DNA of 64,000 nucleotides from an uncultured Candidatus Saccharibacteria bacterium (GCA_964479005.1 CAYZJA010000001.1:250225-314224), one strand, 5' to 3'. Numbered from the stretch's first letter, positions 45,746-56,020 are shown. Numbers and translations are program-made. The notes: a model not told the origin generated them from the sequence alone.

Positions 45746-47175
45746 TTCATAAATGGAAAAAGAATTACTTCTTTTAATGAAGATGAGCGGGTTAGAACTG
45801 CTATTAATCTGTCAATGCCTATGCCCAAGCCAGCTGTTGGCGGCATACCATATTCTAATGCCTCAATATAATCTATATCCTGTGGATGAGCTTCAATATC
45901 CCCTTTTTTCTTCATTCCTGTCTGCTTTTTAAACCTCTCTTTTTGATCTATTGGATCATTTAATTCAGAAAAACCATTTACTATCTCAGAGCCAAAAACA
46001 ATAAATTGGAAACGCGCTGTTTTTTCAAGATCATCAATCTTTTTCTTTGCCAAAGGAGATATTTCTAAAGGATGATCAATGATAAAAGTTGGTTTAATAA
46101 TCTTCCCGCGTAATTTTTTAAAAATAATGTCTGCTATTTTTTCTTTTGAATCTATCCTATCTACAAAAACACCCAATGATTTTGCTTTCTTTAACCATTT
46201 ATCTTTATTATCACGAAGATTTAATCCTATTTCTTTCTCTAAAAATTCTTCAAAACCAACCTTTCTCCATATTTTTTTAAGAAAAACTTTTGCATCAGGA
46301 ATATCTTTTTTAAATTTCTTCACCAAAAATTTAAATAATTCTTCGATTAATTTCATTAAATCTTCTCTGGTCTTATAGGCGCTATATAATTCCAACATAG
46401 TAAACTCAGGATTATGTTCCCTATCAATGCCCTCATTTCTAAAGCATTTTCCAATCTCATAGACGTTTTCAAATCCACCGACAATGAGACGTTTTAAATA
46501 AAGTTCTGGCGCTATCCTTAAATAGATTTTCATTTTTAAAGTTTCCAAGTGTGTAACAAAAGGATTGGCAAATGCGCCACCATATAAAGGCTGTAAAATT
46601 GGTGTTTCTACTTCTTGATATTCTTTTTTATTCAAAAATTCCCTTATTGAAGAAATAATTTGACTACGAAGAATAAATCTTTTCTTCACCTCCTCATTTT
46701 CCAATAAATCAAGATAACGCCTGCGAAAACGTTCCTCTGCGTTCTCTAATCCATACCACTCCTTTGGTAGCGCCCTCAAGCTTTTAGATAATAATTTAAA
46801 ATTTTTTACTTCTAAGGTTTTTTCTCCCCTTTTTGTTTTAAAAAGAATGCCTTGCGCTTCTAAAAAATCGCCTAAATCAAAAAAATCCTGAAAGAATTTC
46901 ATCTTGTCCTGACCTATCTTGTCTTGTTTAAATAAAAGCTGAATTTTTTCAGTTTGGTCTTTAATATCTACAAAAACAGCGCCACCATGTCCCCTAATTC
47001 CCCAAATTCTTCCTGCTAAAATAATTTTCTTTTTATTGCGAGACCAAATAGAAAAATTATCTAATGCCTGAATAATAGAAAATTGACGATGAGTTTTTTC
47101 AGGGTAAGGATCAATACCTAATTTCCTCAGCTTTTTTATCTTTTTTATTCGTTCTTTTATTAAATCAGATAACAT
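45736..47175 (-). CDS. lysS: lysyl-tRNA synthetase (class II)
   Basis: N-terminal OB anticodon-binding domain, class II motifs (FRNEG, GLGIGIDRL). Confidence 0.9.
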   Translation of the reverse strand: MLSDLIKERIKKIKKLRKLGIDPYPEKTHRQFSIIQALDNFSIWSRNKKKIILAGRIWGIRGHGGAVFVDIKDQTEKIQLLFKQDKIGQDKMKFFQDFFDLGDFLEAQGILFKTKRGEKTLEVKNFKLLSKSLRALPKEWYGLENAEERFRRRYLDLLENEEVKKRFILRSQIISSIREFLNKKEYQEVETPILQPLYGGAFANPFVTHLETLKMKIYLRIAPELYLKRLIVGGFENVYEIGKCFRNEGIDREHNPEFTMLELYSAYKTREDLMKLIEELFKFLVKKFKKDIPDAKVFLKKIWRKVGFEEFLEKEIGLNLRDNKDKWLKKAKSLGVFVDRIDSKEKIADIIFKKLRGKIIKPTFIIDHPLEISPLAKKKIDDLEKTARFQFIVFGSEIVNGFSELNDPIDQKERFKKQTGMKKKGDIEAHPQDIDYIEALEYGMPPTAGLGIGIDRLIAVLTRSSSLKEVILFPFMKPR

Positions 47176-47259
47176 AAATTCAAGATACCTTTAGTATCTT
47201 ATATTTTACCGCATGAAAGGAGGTAAAATTCAAGATACCTTTAGTATCTTATATTTTAC
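47176..47259. repeat. tandem direct repeat: 35-bp unit AAATTCAAGATACCTTTAGTATCTTATATTTTACC x2 (period 49), each with hairpin AGATAC-CTTTAG-GTATCT + T-run
   Basis: Perfect duplication read from sequence; copy 1 abuts lysS start codon, copy 2 overlaps greA stop; act as terminators. Confidence 0.85.
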
Positions 47260-47706
47260 CTCACCTTGAGGGGTATTTACAAGTACTATCTCTCCTTTTT
47301 TACAACTTAAAAACGCCCTGCCTAAAGGTGATTCATTAGAAATTTTACCTTCAATTGGCTTAGCTTCATGGGACCCAACAATAGTGAGCACCTTTTTATT
47401 TCTAGGTTTGGTTAAACTTTTTACCTCGATTGTTGAACCTAATTCTATAATAGAATTATTAGAAGCATGACGAATAATTGAAACATTTTTAAGAAACATC
47501 TCTAATTGCAAAATTCGCGTCTCTAAAACCGATTGCGCGTCTTTTGCCTCCTGATAGGCTGCGTTCTCTGACAAATCTCCAAGCTCTTTTGCATCCTGAA
47601 TTATTTCAGCTATTTCCTTTCTTTTTTTAGTTTTTAATTCTTCCAATTCTTTCTTGAGAACTTTATATGCCTGAGACGTAACATAGTTCTTACTCATATT
47701 CTTCAT
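47230..47706 (-). CDS. greA: transcription elongation factor GreA
   Basis: N-terminal coiled coil with acidic tip (ELGDLSENAAYQEAKD), C-terminal FKBP-like domain. Confidence 0.85.
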   Translation of the reverse strand: MKNMSKNYVTSQAYKVLKKELEELKTKKRKEIAEIIQDAKELGDLSENAAYQEAKDAQSVLETRILQLEMFLKNVSIIRHASNNSIIELGSTIEVKSLTKPRNKKVLTIVGSHEAKPIEGKISNESPLGRAFLSCKKGEIVLVNTPQGEVKYKILKVS

Positions 47707-49621
47707 TATTTATTATTGTCTGCTTGTTTATTCTATTGTCCCAGTACCACTGCAAAACATCTTCAATTATCGGCAAAGTGGCAACTACTTGACTTGGTGG
47801 GCTTTCTATTAAGACAAAAACGGTAATTTCAGGATCTTCATAAGGAGCATATGCTCCAAAAAGAGCGTGATATTTTTCTTCCCCTTTAGAAATAAATTTA
47901 GGAGATCCACTCTTCCCTGCTACCTGAAAAGGAAGATATTTTAAAGACATAGCCGTTCCTGAGTTTATAACTTCTTTCATCCCCTCTTGGACCACTTTTA
48001 GATTTTCTTGGGAAACATTTAATTTTGCTAATTCAAAATTGTTTGTTTCCTTTACTAAATGCGGTTGCATTAAAATACCGTCATTGGCAATAGTAGATAT
48101 ATAAGCAGCCATTTGTAATGGTGTCAAGGCAACACCACCTTCTCCAATTGAGATATTGTAAGTATCCCCTAATTTCCAAGACGGATCATTGGGTCGATGT
48201 TTTTTTAACCATTCAATATCAGGCAATACTGATTTGGCCTCTCCAAATAAATCAATCCCTAATTCTTTATTAAGATTAAATGCTAACCAATATTTTTTAA
48301 TTTTTGCCAAACCTAAACCGGAAATCTCTTCCCAACCACCTCCTACTGCCCAAAAATAAACATTACAGGATACAGCGATTGCTTTTCTCATATCCACCCA
48401 TCCATGATTCTTCCAATCATTAAAAACATATTTTTGTTGCGGGTCATAAGGACTTGTGACAACAATTTTGCCATCAGTAAATATTTCTCTATCAGGGTCA
48501 ATAATATTTTCCTCTAAGGCGGCCAAAGCCATAAGTGGTTTAATTACAGACCCAGGAGGATAAAGACCGCTAATAGCGCGATTGAAAAGCGGGAGTGAGG
48601 AACTTTGAAGATATCGGTTTATTAACTCACTAGGCGAACCTTTTGTAAAAATATTTGGATCAAAGCTTGGCACACTTACTAAAGATAAAATTTCCCCTGT
48701 TTTAGTATCTAAAATAATACCGGCAGCGCCTTGAACACCTAACGTTTCAACCCTTTCTTTTAAAGTATTGTAAAATACTATTTGTAAATCTTTATCTATG
48801 GTGGTTATAATGTCCTCACCTTTTTTAGGCTCAATAGAACCCAAATCTTTTTGGATATTAAAATTAGCGTCAACCTCAATTATTCTCTTTCCTGCTTTGC
48901 CCTGTAAAGTTCTTTCATAATAAGCTTCCAAACCATCCTTGCCAACCATACTGGCTAAAGGATAATCTTTGTATTTAAAAATATCTTTCGGAGAAATCTT
49001 ACCAATATACCCCAAGATATGGGCAAATGCATCTTTAAACGGATAATGTCGGCTATAATCAGAAATAACACTAAACCCTAAATTACTTTTTATTGTTGTT
49101 TCAAAGCGCCGCACTTCTTCTATATCCAAATTTGATTTAATCAAAATGGGTTGAAAAGAATAAATTGTTTGATAATCCTTGAGCAATACATCAATTTCCG
49201 CTTTTTCTATATTAAAAACGTCAATAACCTTTTCTATAATATCTACCCTTTCTTGTTCTTTTTTTGGTAAATTTAATGGAATCATTACTAAACTAAAAGA
49301 TGGGCTATTAAAAACTAATGGTTCTCCATACCTGTCATAAATTATTCCGCGAGGAGCGCTAATAATATAATAATGGGTACGATTATTTTCCGCTCTTCGC
49401 TGATAATTTTCTCCTTCAACTATTTGGAGATAAAAAAGCCGCAAAAGAATAATTGAAAAAAGAACCAGGCATATTCCAAAAACTGCCTTTATTAAAAAGG
49501 AGGAAATTGGAAACTCTAACCTCTCTAAGTTTTTTTCTCTCGCTTCTTCGGCTTTTCTATCTAAGAGGACTTCTTCGGGGTCAAGGAGGTGTTTTTCTCT
49601 TTTTATGTAAAAATCTTTCAT
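47690..49621 (-). CDS. mrdA: peptidoglycan D,D-transpeptidase MrdA (PBP2)
   Basis: SxxK (GSVIKPL), SxN (SCNVYF), KSG (AGKSGSP); follows mreBCD. Confidence 0.8.
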   Translation of the reverse strand: MKDFYIKREKHLLDPEEVLLDRKAEEAREKNLERLEFPISSFLIKAVFGICLVLFSIILLRLFYLQIVEGENYQRRAENNRTHYYIISAPRGIIYDRYGEPLVFNSPSFSLVMIPLNLPKKEQERVDIIEKVIDVFNIEKAEIDVLLKDYQTIYSFQPILIKSNLDIEEVRRFETTIKSNLGFSVISDYSRHYPFKDAFAHILGYIGKISPKDIFKYKDYPLASMVGKDGLEAYYERTLQGKAGKRIIEVDANFNIQKDLGSIEPKKGEDIITTIDKDLQIVFYNTLKERVETLGVQGAAGIILDTKTGEILSLVSVPSFDPNIFTKGSPSELINRYLQSSSLPLFNRAISGLYPPGSVIKPLMALAALEENIIDPDREIFTDGKIVVTSPYDPQQKYVFNDWKNHGWVDMRKAIAVSCNVYFWAVGGGWEEISGLGLAKIKKYWLAFNLNKELGIDLFGEAKSVLPDIEWLKKHRPNDPSWKLGDTYNISIGEGGVALTPLQMAAYISTIANDGILMQPHLVKETNNFELAKLNVSQENLKVVQEGMKEVINSGTAMSLKYLPFQVAGKSGSPKFISKGEEKYHALFGAYAPYEDPEITVFVLIESPPSQVVATLPIIEDVLQWYWDNRINKQTIINNEEYE

Positions 49622-50076
49622 TTAATTTTTTTAAACAAAAAGGATAAAAGAAAGTAAAATGTTGATGTGATTAGAAACTGTTGGAAAATAATAAAGCTAA
49701 TATACGGAGTTTTTAAAACTAAATTTGTTATTAAAAGACATAAAAAATATATAAAGATTATTGATTCACCAATAATTAATCGTGAGAAGAAATGAGATTT
49801 TTCCAAAAATCGAGTTAATAATACGCCTGCGCCCAAAGAAATCAAGAGAACAATAAGATTCATTCCCCAAAACAATCCAGAGAGGGTATCAAGAACCATT
49901 GCGGTTAAAAAGATTAGAAAAAATAGATAAAGTAATGGAAAATAAAAAAGAAAAAAAATTAAAAAAATTAAAGCAATATTTAAAACCGGGGAAAGGAAAA
50001 GAACCATTCCAAAATATACTTGAACAAAGATAACAATGAGGAATAAGAGAAAATTTAATAGATAACGCTGAATCAT
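49618..50076 (-). CDS. mreD: rod shape-determining protein MreD (by position)
   Basis: Small polytopic membrane protein between mreC and mrdA. Confidence 0.5.
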   Translation of the reverse strand: MIQRYLLNFLLFLIVIFVQVYFGMVLFLSPVLNIALIFLIFFLFYFPLLYLFFLIFLTAMVLDTLSGLFWGMNLIVLLISLGAGVLLTRFLEKSHFFSRLIIGESIIFIYFLCLLITNLVLKTPYISFIIFQQFLITSTFYFLLSFLFKKIK

Positions 50077-50146
50077 TGTGATAAAGGAATAATATTGGTA
50101 ATAATTAAAATATGTTTATTTTAAAACAAGTAAACATATTTTAATT

Positions 50147-50971
50147 TCAACGTTCTTGAGCGAAGGGAAAGGTTGTTATAATTAAAATTGAAGATATTTG
50201 GGAAAAATTTAATAAAGGCTCCAAAATAAACTCTTTCAAAGAACTGACATCAGAAGACGAGCCGAATTCTTTAACTTTAGCCACTAAAAGGCCTTTAAAA
50301 AAATTAGCATTTTCAGAAGATGTGATTAAAATATCCCCAATTTTAATATCTGATTCATATGGAACTAATTTTAAACGAAAATTTCCTTTTATATCTTTTT
50401 CTGCTATCGCCAATGTAGACGAACGCAAGTCTTCCACACTAATTTTCGTTTCAGGACTAAATATTGATTCCCCGCGACAATAATTATTAAAACATTCAAT
50501 TAGTCTCCCGATTAGAATTTTATCTTCCAGAATCACGTTCATCCCCTCTTTCAATCCTGTTTCAGTTCCTTTGTTTATCCAAAAAGAACCGGTCAATCCA
50601 GAGGGATCCATTAAAATAATTTTGGCTGACACTAATGACCAGCCTGTTTCATCTTTAATTTTTAAGGCGTTTTTTAAAAGAATGTTCTCTTCCTCTGTCT
50701 CCTTAAAATTTTGCAGTTGATTAATAAGTTTAATATTTTGATATTCAAGCCCTGATAATTGTTTTCTTAAACTATTAAAATGTAAAAGGTCATTCGTCCA
50801 ATTTTTAAAATTAAAAAGATAATTTCCAATTAATCCTCCCCTTTCCAAGCCATACACTAATTGAGGTTTTAAAGTTTTTTCCTGAGAAAAATAGAATTTG
50901 AACAACAAAATACTAGTGATTATTAAAATCACTAGTAAAAGTAGAAAATGAAAATTATTCTTTTGTTTCAT
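50147..50971 (-). CDS. mreC: rod shape-determining protein MreC
   Basis: N-terminal TM, coiled coil, beta-rich C-domain; position after mreB. Confidence 0.6.
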   Translation of the reverse strand: MKQKNNFHFLLLLVILIITSILLFKFYFSQEKTLKPQLVYGLERGGLIGNYLFNFKNWTNDLLHFNSLRKQLSGLEYQNIKLINQLQNFKETEEENILLKNALKIKDETGWSLVSAKIILMDPSGLTGSFWINKGTETGLKEGMNVILEDKILIGRLIECFNNYCRGESIFSPETKISVEDLRSSTLAIAEKDIKGNFRLKLVPYESDIKIGDILITSSENANFFKGLLVAKVKEFGSSSDVSSLKEFILEPLLNFSQISSILIITTFPFAQER

Positions 50972-50975
50972 AATA

Positions 50976-52034
50976 TCACAAAGGCGGTTTTTCTCTGCTA
51001 ATCGTAGTTAAAATATCTTTTGACCCTTCTAAATCTTCCAAAATTATTCCAATACCTCTGATTACTGAAGTTATAGGGTCATCAATGATTTTTACCGGTA
51101 AATCAATGGATTCTTCAATTAATTTATCAATTCCGCGGAGCAAACTCGTTCCTCCTGACAAAATAATACCAGTCTCCATAATATCACCGATTAATTCTGG
51201 AGGAGTAATTTCTACCGTGCTTTTAATCGCATCAATGATTTTAATCAAAGACGGGGTAATGGCTTCCCGAATATCATCTTCTTTAACCTTAATTTCTTTT
51301 GGCAAACCGCGAGTAAGATCACGTCCTTTTATTTTCATTTCCTGATTACTGCCTAAATCCAAAGCAGAACCTATAAAAATTTTAATCCTTTCAGCGGTTT
51401 TCTCTCCAATAGATAATTTAAATTTATCCCTAAAATAATGAATGATATCATCGTCTAATTTATTTCCTGCTATGCGCAAGCTTTTTGATACAACTATACC
51501 ACCCAAAGAAATAACTGCCACTTCTGTTGTTCCACCACCAATATCCACAACAAAAATACCTTGTGATTCTTTAACTGATAATTGGGCGCCCAAGGCAACG
51601 GCAATCGGTTCTTCAATCAAATAAACTTCTTTACCTCCAGCGCTTCTGACAACATCTTCCACTGCCCGTTTTTCTACCTCAGTACCGCCTGTAGGAACTC
51701 CTACCACCAAACGAGGCCAATCTAAAAACTGCCCAAAGAATCCTTTTTTCTTAGATTTATCCAAAAAATAATTAAGCATCTTTTCCGCTACTTCAAAATC
51801 AGAAATTACTCCATTATTAAGAGGCTTGATGGCGCTAATATGCGAAGGGGTTTTTCCAATCATTTCTTCTGCTTCGTGGCCAACAGCTAAAATTTGATTA
51901 GTCTTATTATTCATAGCCACTACTGTCGGTTCATTAATTACAATACCCTTCCCTTTTACATAAATTAAAGTTTTGGAAGTCCCTAAATCAACCCCAATAT
52001 TGCGAAAAAAATTTTCTTTAAAACCTTTAGCCAT
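50976..52034 (-). CDS. mreB: rod shape-determining protein MreB
   Basis: IGVDLGTSKTLIYVKGKGIVINEPTVVA, actin-fold phosphate motifs (DIGGGTTEVAV); start set at ATG 52034 (MAKGFKENFF), ORF-track start is TTG extension. Confidence 0.9.
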   Translation of the reverse strand: MAKGFKENFFRNIGVDLGTSKTLIYVKGKGIVINEPTVVAMNNKTNQILAVGHEAEEMIGKTPSHISAIKPLNNGVISDFEVAEKMLNYFLDKSKKKGFFGQFLDWPRLVVGVPTGGTEVEKRAVEDVVRSAGGKEVYLIEEPIAVALGAQLSVKESQGIFVVDIGGGTTEVAVISLGGIVVSKSLRIAGNKLDDDIIHYFRDKFKLSIGEKTAERIKIFIGSALDLGSNQEMKIKGRDLTRGLPKEIKVKEDDIREAITPSLIKIIDAIKSTVEITPPELIGDIMETGIILSGGTSLLRGIDKLIEESIDLPVKIIDDPITSVIRGIGIILEDLEGSKDILTTISREKPPL

Positions 52035-52083
52035 AATAAATAACAATTAGCAATAAACAATTAACAAAAGCATTTATTATTAC

Positions 52084-52120
52084 TAATAGTTAGTTGTTAG
52101 TTGTTAGTTGTTAGTTGTTT
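52084..52120. repeat. heptanucleotide tandem repeat (TAGTTGT)x~5
   Basis: tagttagttgttagttgttagttgttagttgtttt between proS stop and mreB start. Confidence 0.85.
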
Positions 52121-52127
52121 TATCAGT

Positions 52128-53381
52128 TTACTTTCTTTTAATTATTTTGTCAAAATCATTTAATTTTAATAATTTCACTTTACAATTTCTTCTTTCTCTC
52201 AATTCAAACTTGCGATTCTTCATTGTTTTTTCGCTAATTACTACCCTGTAAGGCAAACCTAATAAATCTGCATCAACTAATTTTTCTCCACTTGAAACAC
52301 CATCCCTGTCATCATAAAGCACCTCAATTCCTCTATCTATCATCTTCTTATAAAATAAATCCGCCTGTTTTTTAACTATCCTATCTGTTCTTGCATTTCC
52401 ACTGGATAAACTTAATAAATGATAAACAAATGGGGATACTTCTTTAGGCCAAATAATTCCATTTTTATCATAATTTTCCTCAACTATTACTCCTAATAAA
52501 CGGCTAATTCCAATACCGTAACAACCCATCATAACATTTTTATTTTTTCCATCCTTATCCCTGAATTTTAAATCAAATGCCTGAGAATATTTATCTTTTA
52601 ACTTAAATATATTACCTACTTCAGAACCTTTAAACATTTTTAGAACATTACCACATTCAGGGCATTTTTTAATATTTTCTGCAATTTCTTTATTGCGGCA
52701 AAATTTGCAGGAAGAGCAATAATAAAATTGGTCTTCGCCTGCCGGTGTTATAACCTGAAATTCATGGGAAAAACGTGAAAAAGTCCCTCCTGACGCTTCT
52801 ACAACAAAAGTCTTTAACCCACATCTTTTAAAAATCCGCTGGTATGCTTTTTTGACTTTTTCATAATACTTTTCTAAATCTTTCTCATTAGTATGAAAAC
52901 TATACAAATCTTTCATTATAAACTCTTTCCCTCTTAATATTCCCGATTTGGAACGTGGTTCATCGCGAAATTTATCAGAGATATGAAACAAATATAATGG
53001 CAAGTCTTTGTAAGAAAAGATAAAATTCTTTACCATTGGCGTTATTATTTCTTCATGAGTAGGAGCAAGAGCAAACCATTGTCCATATTTGGATTGCGTT
53101 TTAAATAAAGCCTTGAATGTATCCCAACGCCCAGTTTGTTCCCAATTTCTTTTTGGATTTAAAAGCGCCATCAATATTTCTTGGCCTCCAATAACTTCCA
53201 TTTCCTCTCTAACAATTCCCTCTATTTTTTTTATTGTCCGCAAACCTAAAGGTAAAAAATTATAAATACCACTTGTTAATTTTTCTATGAAATTAGTTCT
53301 TATTAACAAGGAAGCACTGATTGCTATTTCCTCTTTAGAAATCTCTTTTCTTGTTTTAAAATAAAATTGTGATTGCTTCAT
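52128..53381 (-). CDS. proS: prolyl-tRNA synthetase (compact form lacking INS editing domain, with C4 zinc ribbon insertion)
   Basis: SGIYNFLPLG motif, class II core, CSSCKFC...CPECG, C-terminal anticodon-binding domain. Confidence 0.85.
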   Translation of the reverse strand: MKQSQFYFKTRKEISKEEIAISASLLIRTNFIEKLTSGIYNFLPLGLRTIKKIEGIVREEMEVIGGQEILMALLNPKRNWEQTGRWDTFKALFKTQSKYGQWFALAPTHEEIITPMVKNFIFSYKDLPLYLFHISDKFRDEPRSKSGILRGKEFIMKDLYSFHTNEKDLEKYYEKVKKAYQRIFKRCGLKTFVVEASGGTFSRFSHEFQVITPAGEDQFYYCSSCKFCRNKEIAENIKKCPECGNVLKMFKGSEVGNIFKLKDKYSQAFDLKFRDKDGKNKNVMMGCYGIGISRLLGVIVEENYDKNGIIWPKEVSPFVYHLLSLSSGNARTDRIVKKQADLFYKKMIDRGIEVLYDDRDGVSSGEKLVDADLLGLPYRVVISEKTMKNRKFELRERRNCKVKLLKLNDFDKIIKRK

Positions 53382-53384
53382 GAT

Positions 53385-54509
53385 TTACCTATTTAAAATA
53401 AAGAAATTAATATCTTTAATAGTAACAATAAAAAGAAGAACAATTAACAAAGAAAAACAAATATTATTTACTATGATCTCCGTACGCTGGGCTATAGGTC
53501 TTCGTCTTATTTTTTCTATTATTAAGAATAAAATTCTTCCACCATCCACAGCAGGAATAGGAAAAAGATTAAAAATCGCAAAAGCGTAAGAAATAAGCCC
53601 TAGAATATACAAGCCATATTTCCATCCCCATTGAAATCCTCTGGTGGTTATTGCCATAATTCCAACAGGCCCTGTGAGTTCTTCTATATTACCATGTTTA
53701 AATAAATTAACAAAAACCCTGCCAAGACCAGTAAATGTTTCCTGAGTAATAAATCCCATAAAACGAATAGCCTGCCATGGGGCCTCAAATAAAGAATATT
53801 TTAGAATTCCATCATCAGTAAGGATTACGCCTAAATAACCTTTTCCTTCTGGGGGAGATTCTCTTGGTATAATCCCTATTTGCATGGTTTCCACGCCTCT
53901 TTTAATAATCAACTGAATCTCTTGTCCGTGAAACTCTTTTGTCCTATTCTGCACGTCTTCGATGCCTTCAACTTCATAATAAGAACCTTCGCTTCGCTCA
54001 GAACCTTGTTTCTCACTTTGCTCGAAATAATCGTCTAAATGCTCAATTCCTAAAATAATATCGCCAGACTCTAATCCAGCTAAAAATGCCGGGGAATCTT
54101 TCTCTATTTCCCTTATGGTTATCATTGAAGGAACATCCTGTTTATAGGTTTTTGGTAAAGCAAATGTTGGCATTCCAATAGAAAAAAGAATCGTAAAAAG
54201 TAAAAAAGCTATCAAAATATTATTAATCACTCCTGCTAAAAGTATCAGTGATCTCTTGCTTAAACTTTTTGATGAAAAACTATCAGGGCCATTATGCTCT
54301 ACAATTTTTACAAATCCACCAAATGGAATAGAATTAATGGAATAAACCACCTCATTCTTTTTAAAACTAAAAATTCGTGGAGGATAACCAAGGCCAAATT
54401 CTTCTACTTTAACGCCAAAACGCCTTGCTAATAAAAAATGCCCCACTTCATGCAATATGATTATGATGCTTAAACTAAATAAACTAATGAGAAAATAAAA
54501 CATTGCCAA
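53385..54509 (-). CDS. rseP: RIP metalloprotease RseP (site-2 protease)
   Basis: HEVGHFLLARRFGV (HExxH in TM1), PDZ domain, C-terminal TM with DGG-like motif. Confidence 0.85.
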   Translation of the reverse strand: MAMFYFLISLFSLSIIIILHEVGHFLLARRFGVKVEEFGLGYPPRIFSFKKNEVVYSINSIPFGGFVKIVEHNGPDSFSSKSLSKRSLILLAGVINNILIAFLLFTILFSIGMPTFALPKTYKQDVPSMITIREIEKDSPAFLAGLESGDIILGIEHLDDYFEQSEKQGSERSEGSYYEVEGIEDVQNRTKEFHGQEIQLIIKRGVETMQIGIIPRESPPEGKGYLGVILTDDGILKYSLFEAPWQAIRFMGFITQETFTGLGRVFVNLFKHGNIEELTGPVGIMAITTRGFQWGWKYGLYILGLISYAFAIFNLFPIPAVDGGRILFLIIEKIRRRPIAQRTEIIVNNICFSLLIVLLFIVTIKDINFFILNR

Positions 54510-54539
54510 TTAATTTTATACGCGATACGCAATACGGAT

Positions 54540-55094
54540 TTAAGAGTTGAGAATTTCGTCTGTTTTCTGTTTTTCTTGATTATCTAAAATTTTATTAGTC
54601 TGCTCAATAACTTTTTCTATTTCTTCTTTCAAACGGAACTTTTCATCTTCTGATATTTCTTTTTTATCAAATCCTTCCTTAATCTCCCCAAGCAATTTAT
54701 CCCTTATCTCCCTTAATTTAACCCGGAATTCTTCTTTTTTTGCGCCAATAAGCTTTACTAATTCGTCTTTTCTTTCCCTGCTTAAAGGTGGCAAAAATAA
54801 CTTTATCTGTTTTCCATCTTGAGACGGCGTAAGTCCTAAATTTGAGGTTTCTAATGCTTTTTTAACAGAAACCATTAATCCTTCATCCCAAGGCTCAATA
54901 ATAATAACATTAGGAAGTTTAATTGATACTGAAGCAATATGCTTTAATGGGGATAATGAACCATAACAATCAACTTTAATATCATCCACTAAAGCGGTGG
55001 TGGGACGGGAAGTGCGAAAACACAAAATTTCGCTAAAGAAATCCTCTGATAATTTTTTAGTTTGTTCTTTAAATTTTTCTATTAGCATTTTCAC
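54540..55094 (-). CDS. frr: ribosome recycling factor
   Basis: 184 aa, typical RRF arm/body pattern (LGLTPSQDGKQIKLFLPPLSRERKDELVK). Confidence 0.9.
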   Translation of the reverse strand: MKMLIEKFKEQTKKLSEDFFSEILCFRTSRPTTALVDDIKVDCYGSLSPLKHIASVSIKLPNVIIIEPWDEGLMVSVKKALETSNLGLTPSQDGKQIKLFLPPLSRERKDELVKLIGAKKEEFRVKLREIRDKLLGEIKEGFDKKEISEDEKFRLKEEIEKVIEQTNKILDNQEKQKTDEILNS

Positions 55095-56020
55095 AATTGG
55101 AGAAAAATATTCTCCATTAAAAGTTGCTTATTAATATTGGTATCTGTTATTAAATAAATAGCTTTTAAAATACTGCTCATTAATTTTATTTTCTTCTCAG
55201 GTGTTATATCTAATTCCTTTGAATACTTATCAGACCTCAATACTCTTAGCCATTCTTCCAAAGTACTCCTTAATTTTCCGTTATTTTCCGTTATTTTTTG
55301 GAAATAAACCGATTGTTTGGCAAAATCCTGATTAAGGATCTCTATTAAATCTTTTCTCTTTTGATCTAATTCCTTTTTATAATCTTTATCTAACAGCTTT
55401 ATAACTTTTCCAATTTTTCCATCAGCTCTTTCTGTAATTTCTTCTGCTTCGGTTATGGATAAAGAATAATGTTTTTGTAAAAAATCAACAATTTCTTTAT
55501 TTGCCGCCATTGTAAATCTTAAAGGTAAAACCCTGGATCGTATTGTTTCCAAAAGCCTCTTTGGAGCGCTTGAAACTAAAATAATAATATTATTATCTCG
55601 TGGCTCTTCTAGTGTTTTTAAAAGAGCATTTTGGCAATCTTCTGTCATTTTATCAGCCTCGTTGATAATAAGAATTTTCAAAGAAGAAATTTGTGGATGA
55701 TAAAATAAGAATTTTAAACCATCACGAATCTGCTCTATCTTTACGCTATTCTCTTCGGGCTCAATAACCATTAAATCAGGATGATATCCTTTTTTAACCA
55801 TCTCACAACTGCTACATTTTTCACATCTTTCCCAACCATTTCTATTGCTACAAAGCAATGTTTTACTAAACACTTCAGCTGTTGTCATTTTCCCAACTGA
55901 TTCTTCCCCCCAAAAAAGAAGATTCTGAACCAATCTTTTGTCAGAATCAAAAAATCTCTCCAAAAAAGTTATCACACCATCATTCCTAAAAAAAACCATA
56001 AAACAAATAACAATTAGCAA
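55091..56020 (-). CDS. holB: DNA polymerase III delta' subunit-like clamp-loader protein
   Basis: Degenerate Walker A (WGEESVGKMTTA), zinc module CEKCSSCEMV, SRV sensor (RSRVLPL). Confidence 0.7.
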   Translation of the reverse strand: MLIVICFMVFFRNDGVITFLERFFDSDKRLVQNLLFWGEESVGKMTTAEVFSKTLLCSNRNGWERCEKCSSCEMVKKGYHPDLMVIEPEENSVKIEQIRDGLKFLFYHPQISSLKILIINEADKMTEDCQNALLKTLEEPRDNNIIILVSSAPKRLLETIRSRVLPLRFTMAANKEIVDFLQKHYSLSITEAEEITERADGKIGKVIKLLDKDYKKELDQKRKDLIEILNQDFAKQSVYFQKITENNGKLRSTLEEWLRVLRSDKYSKELDITPEKKIKLMSSILKAIYLITDTNINKQLLMENIFLQL

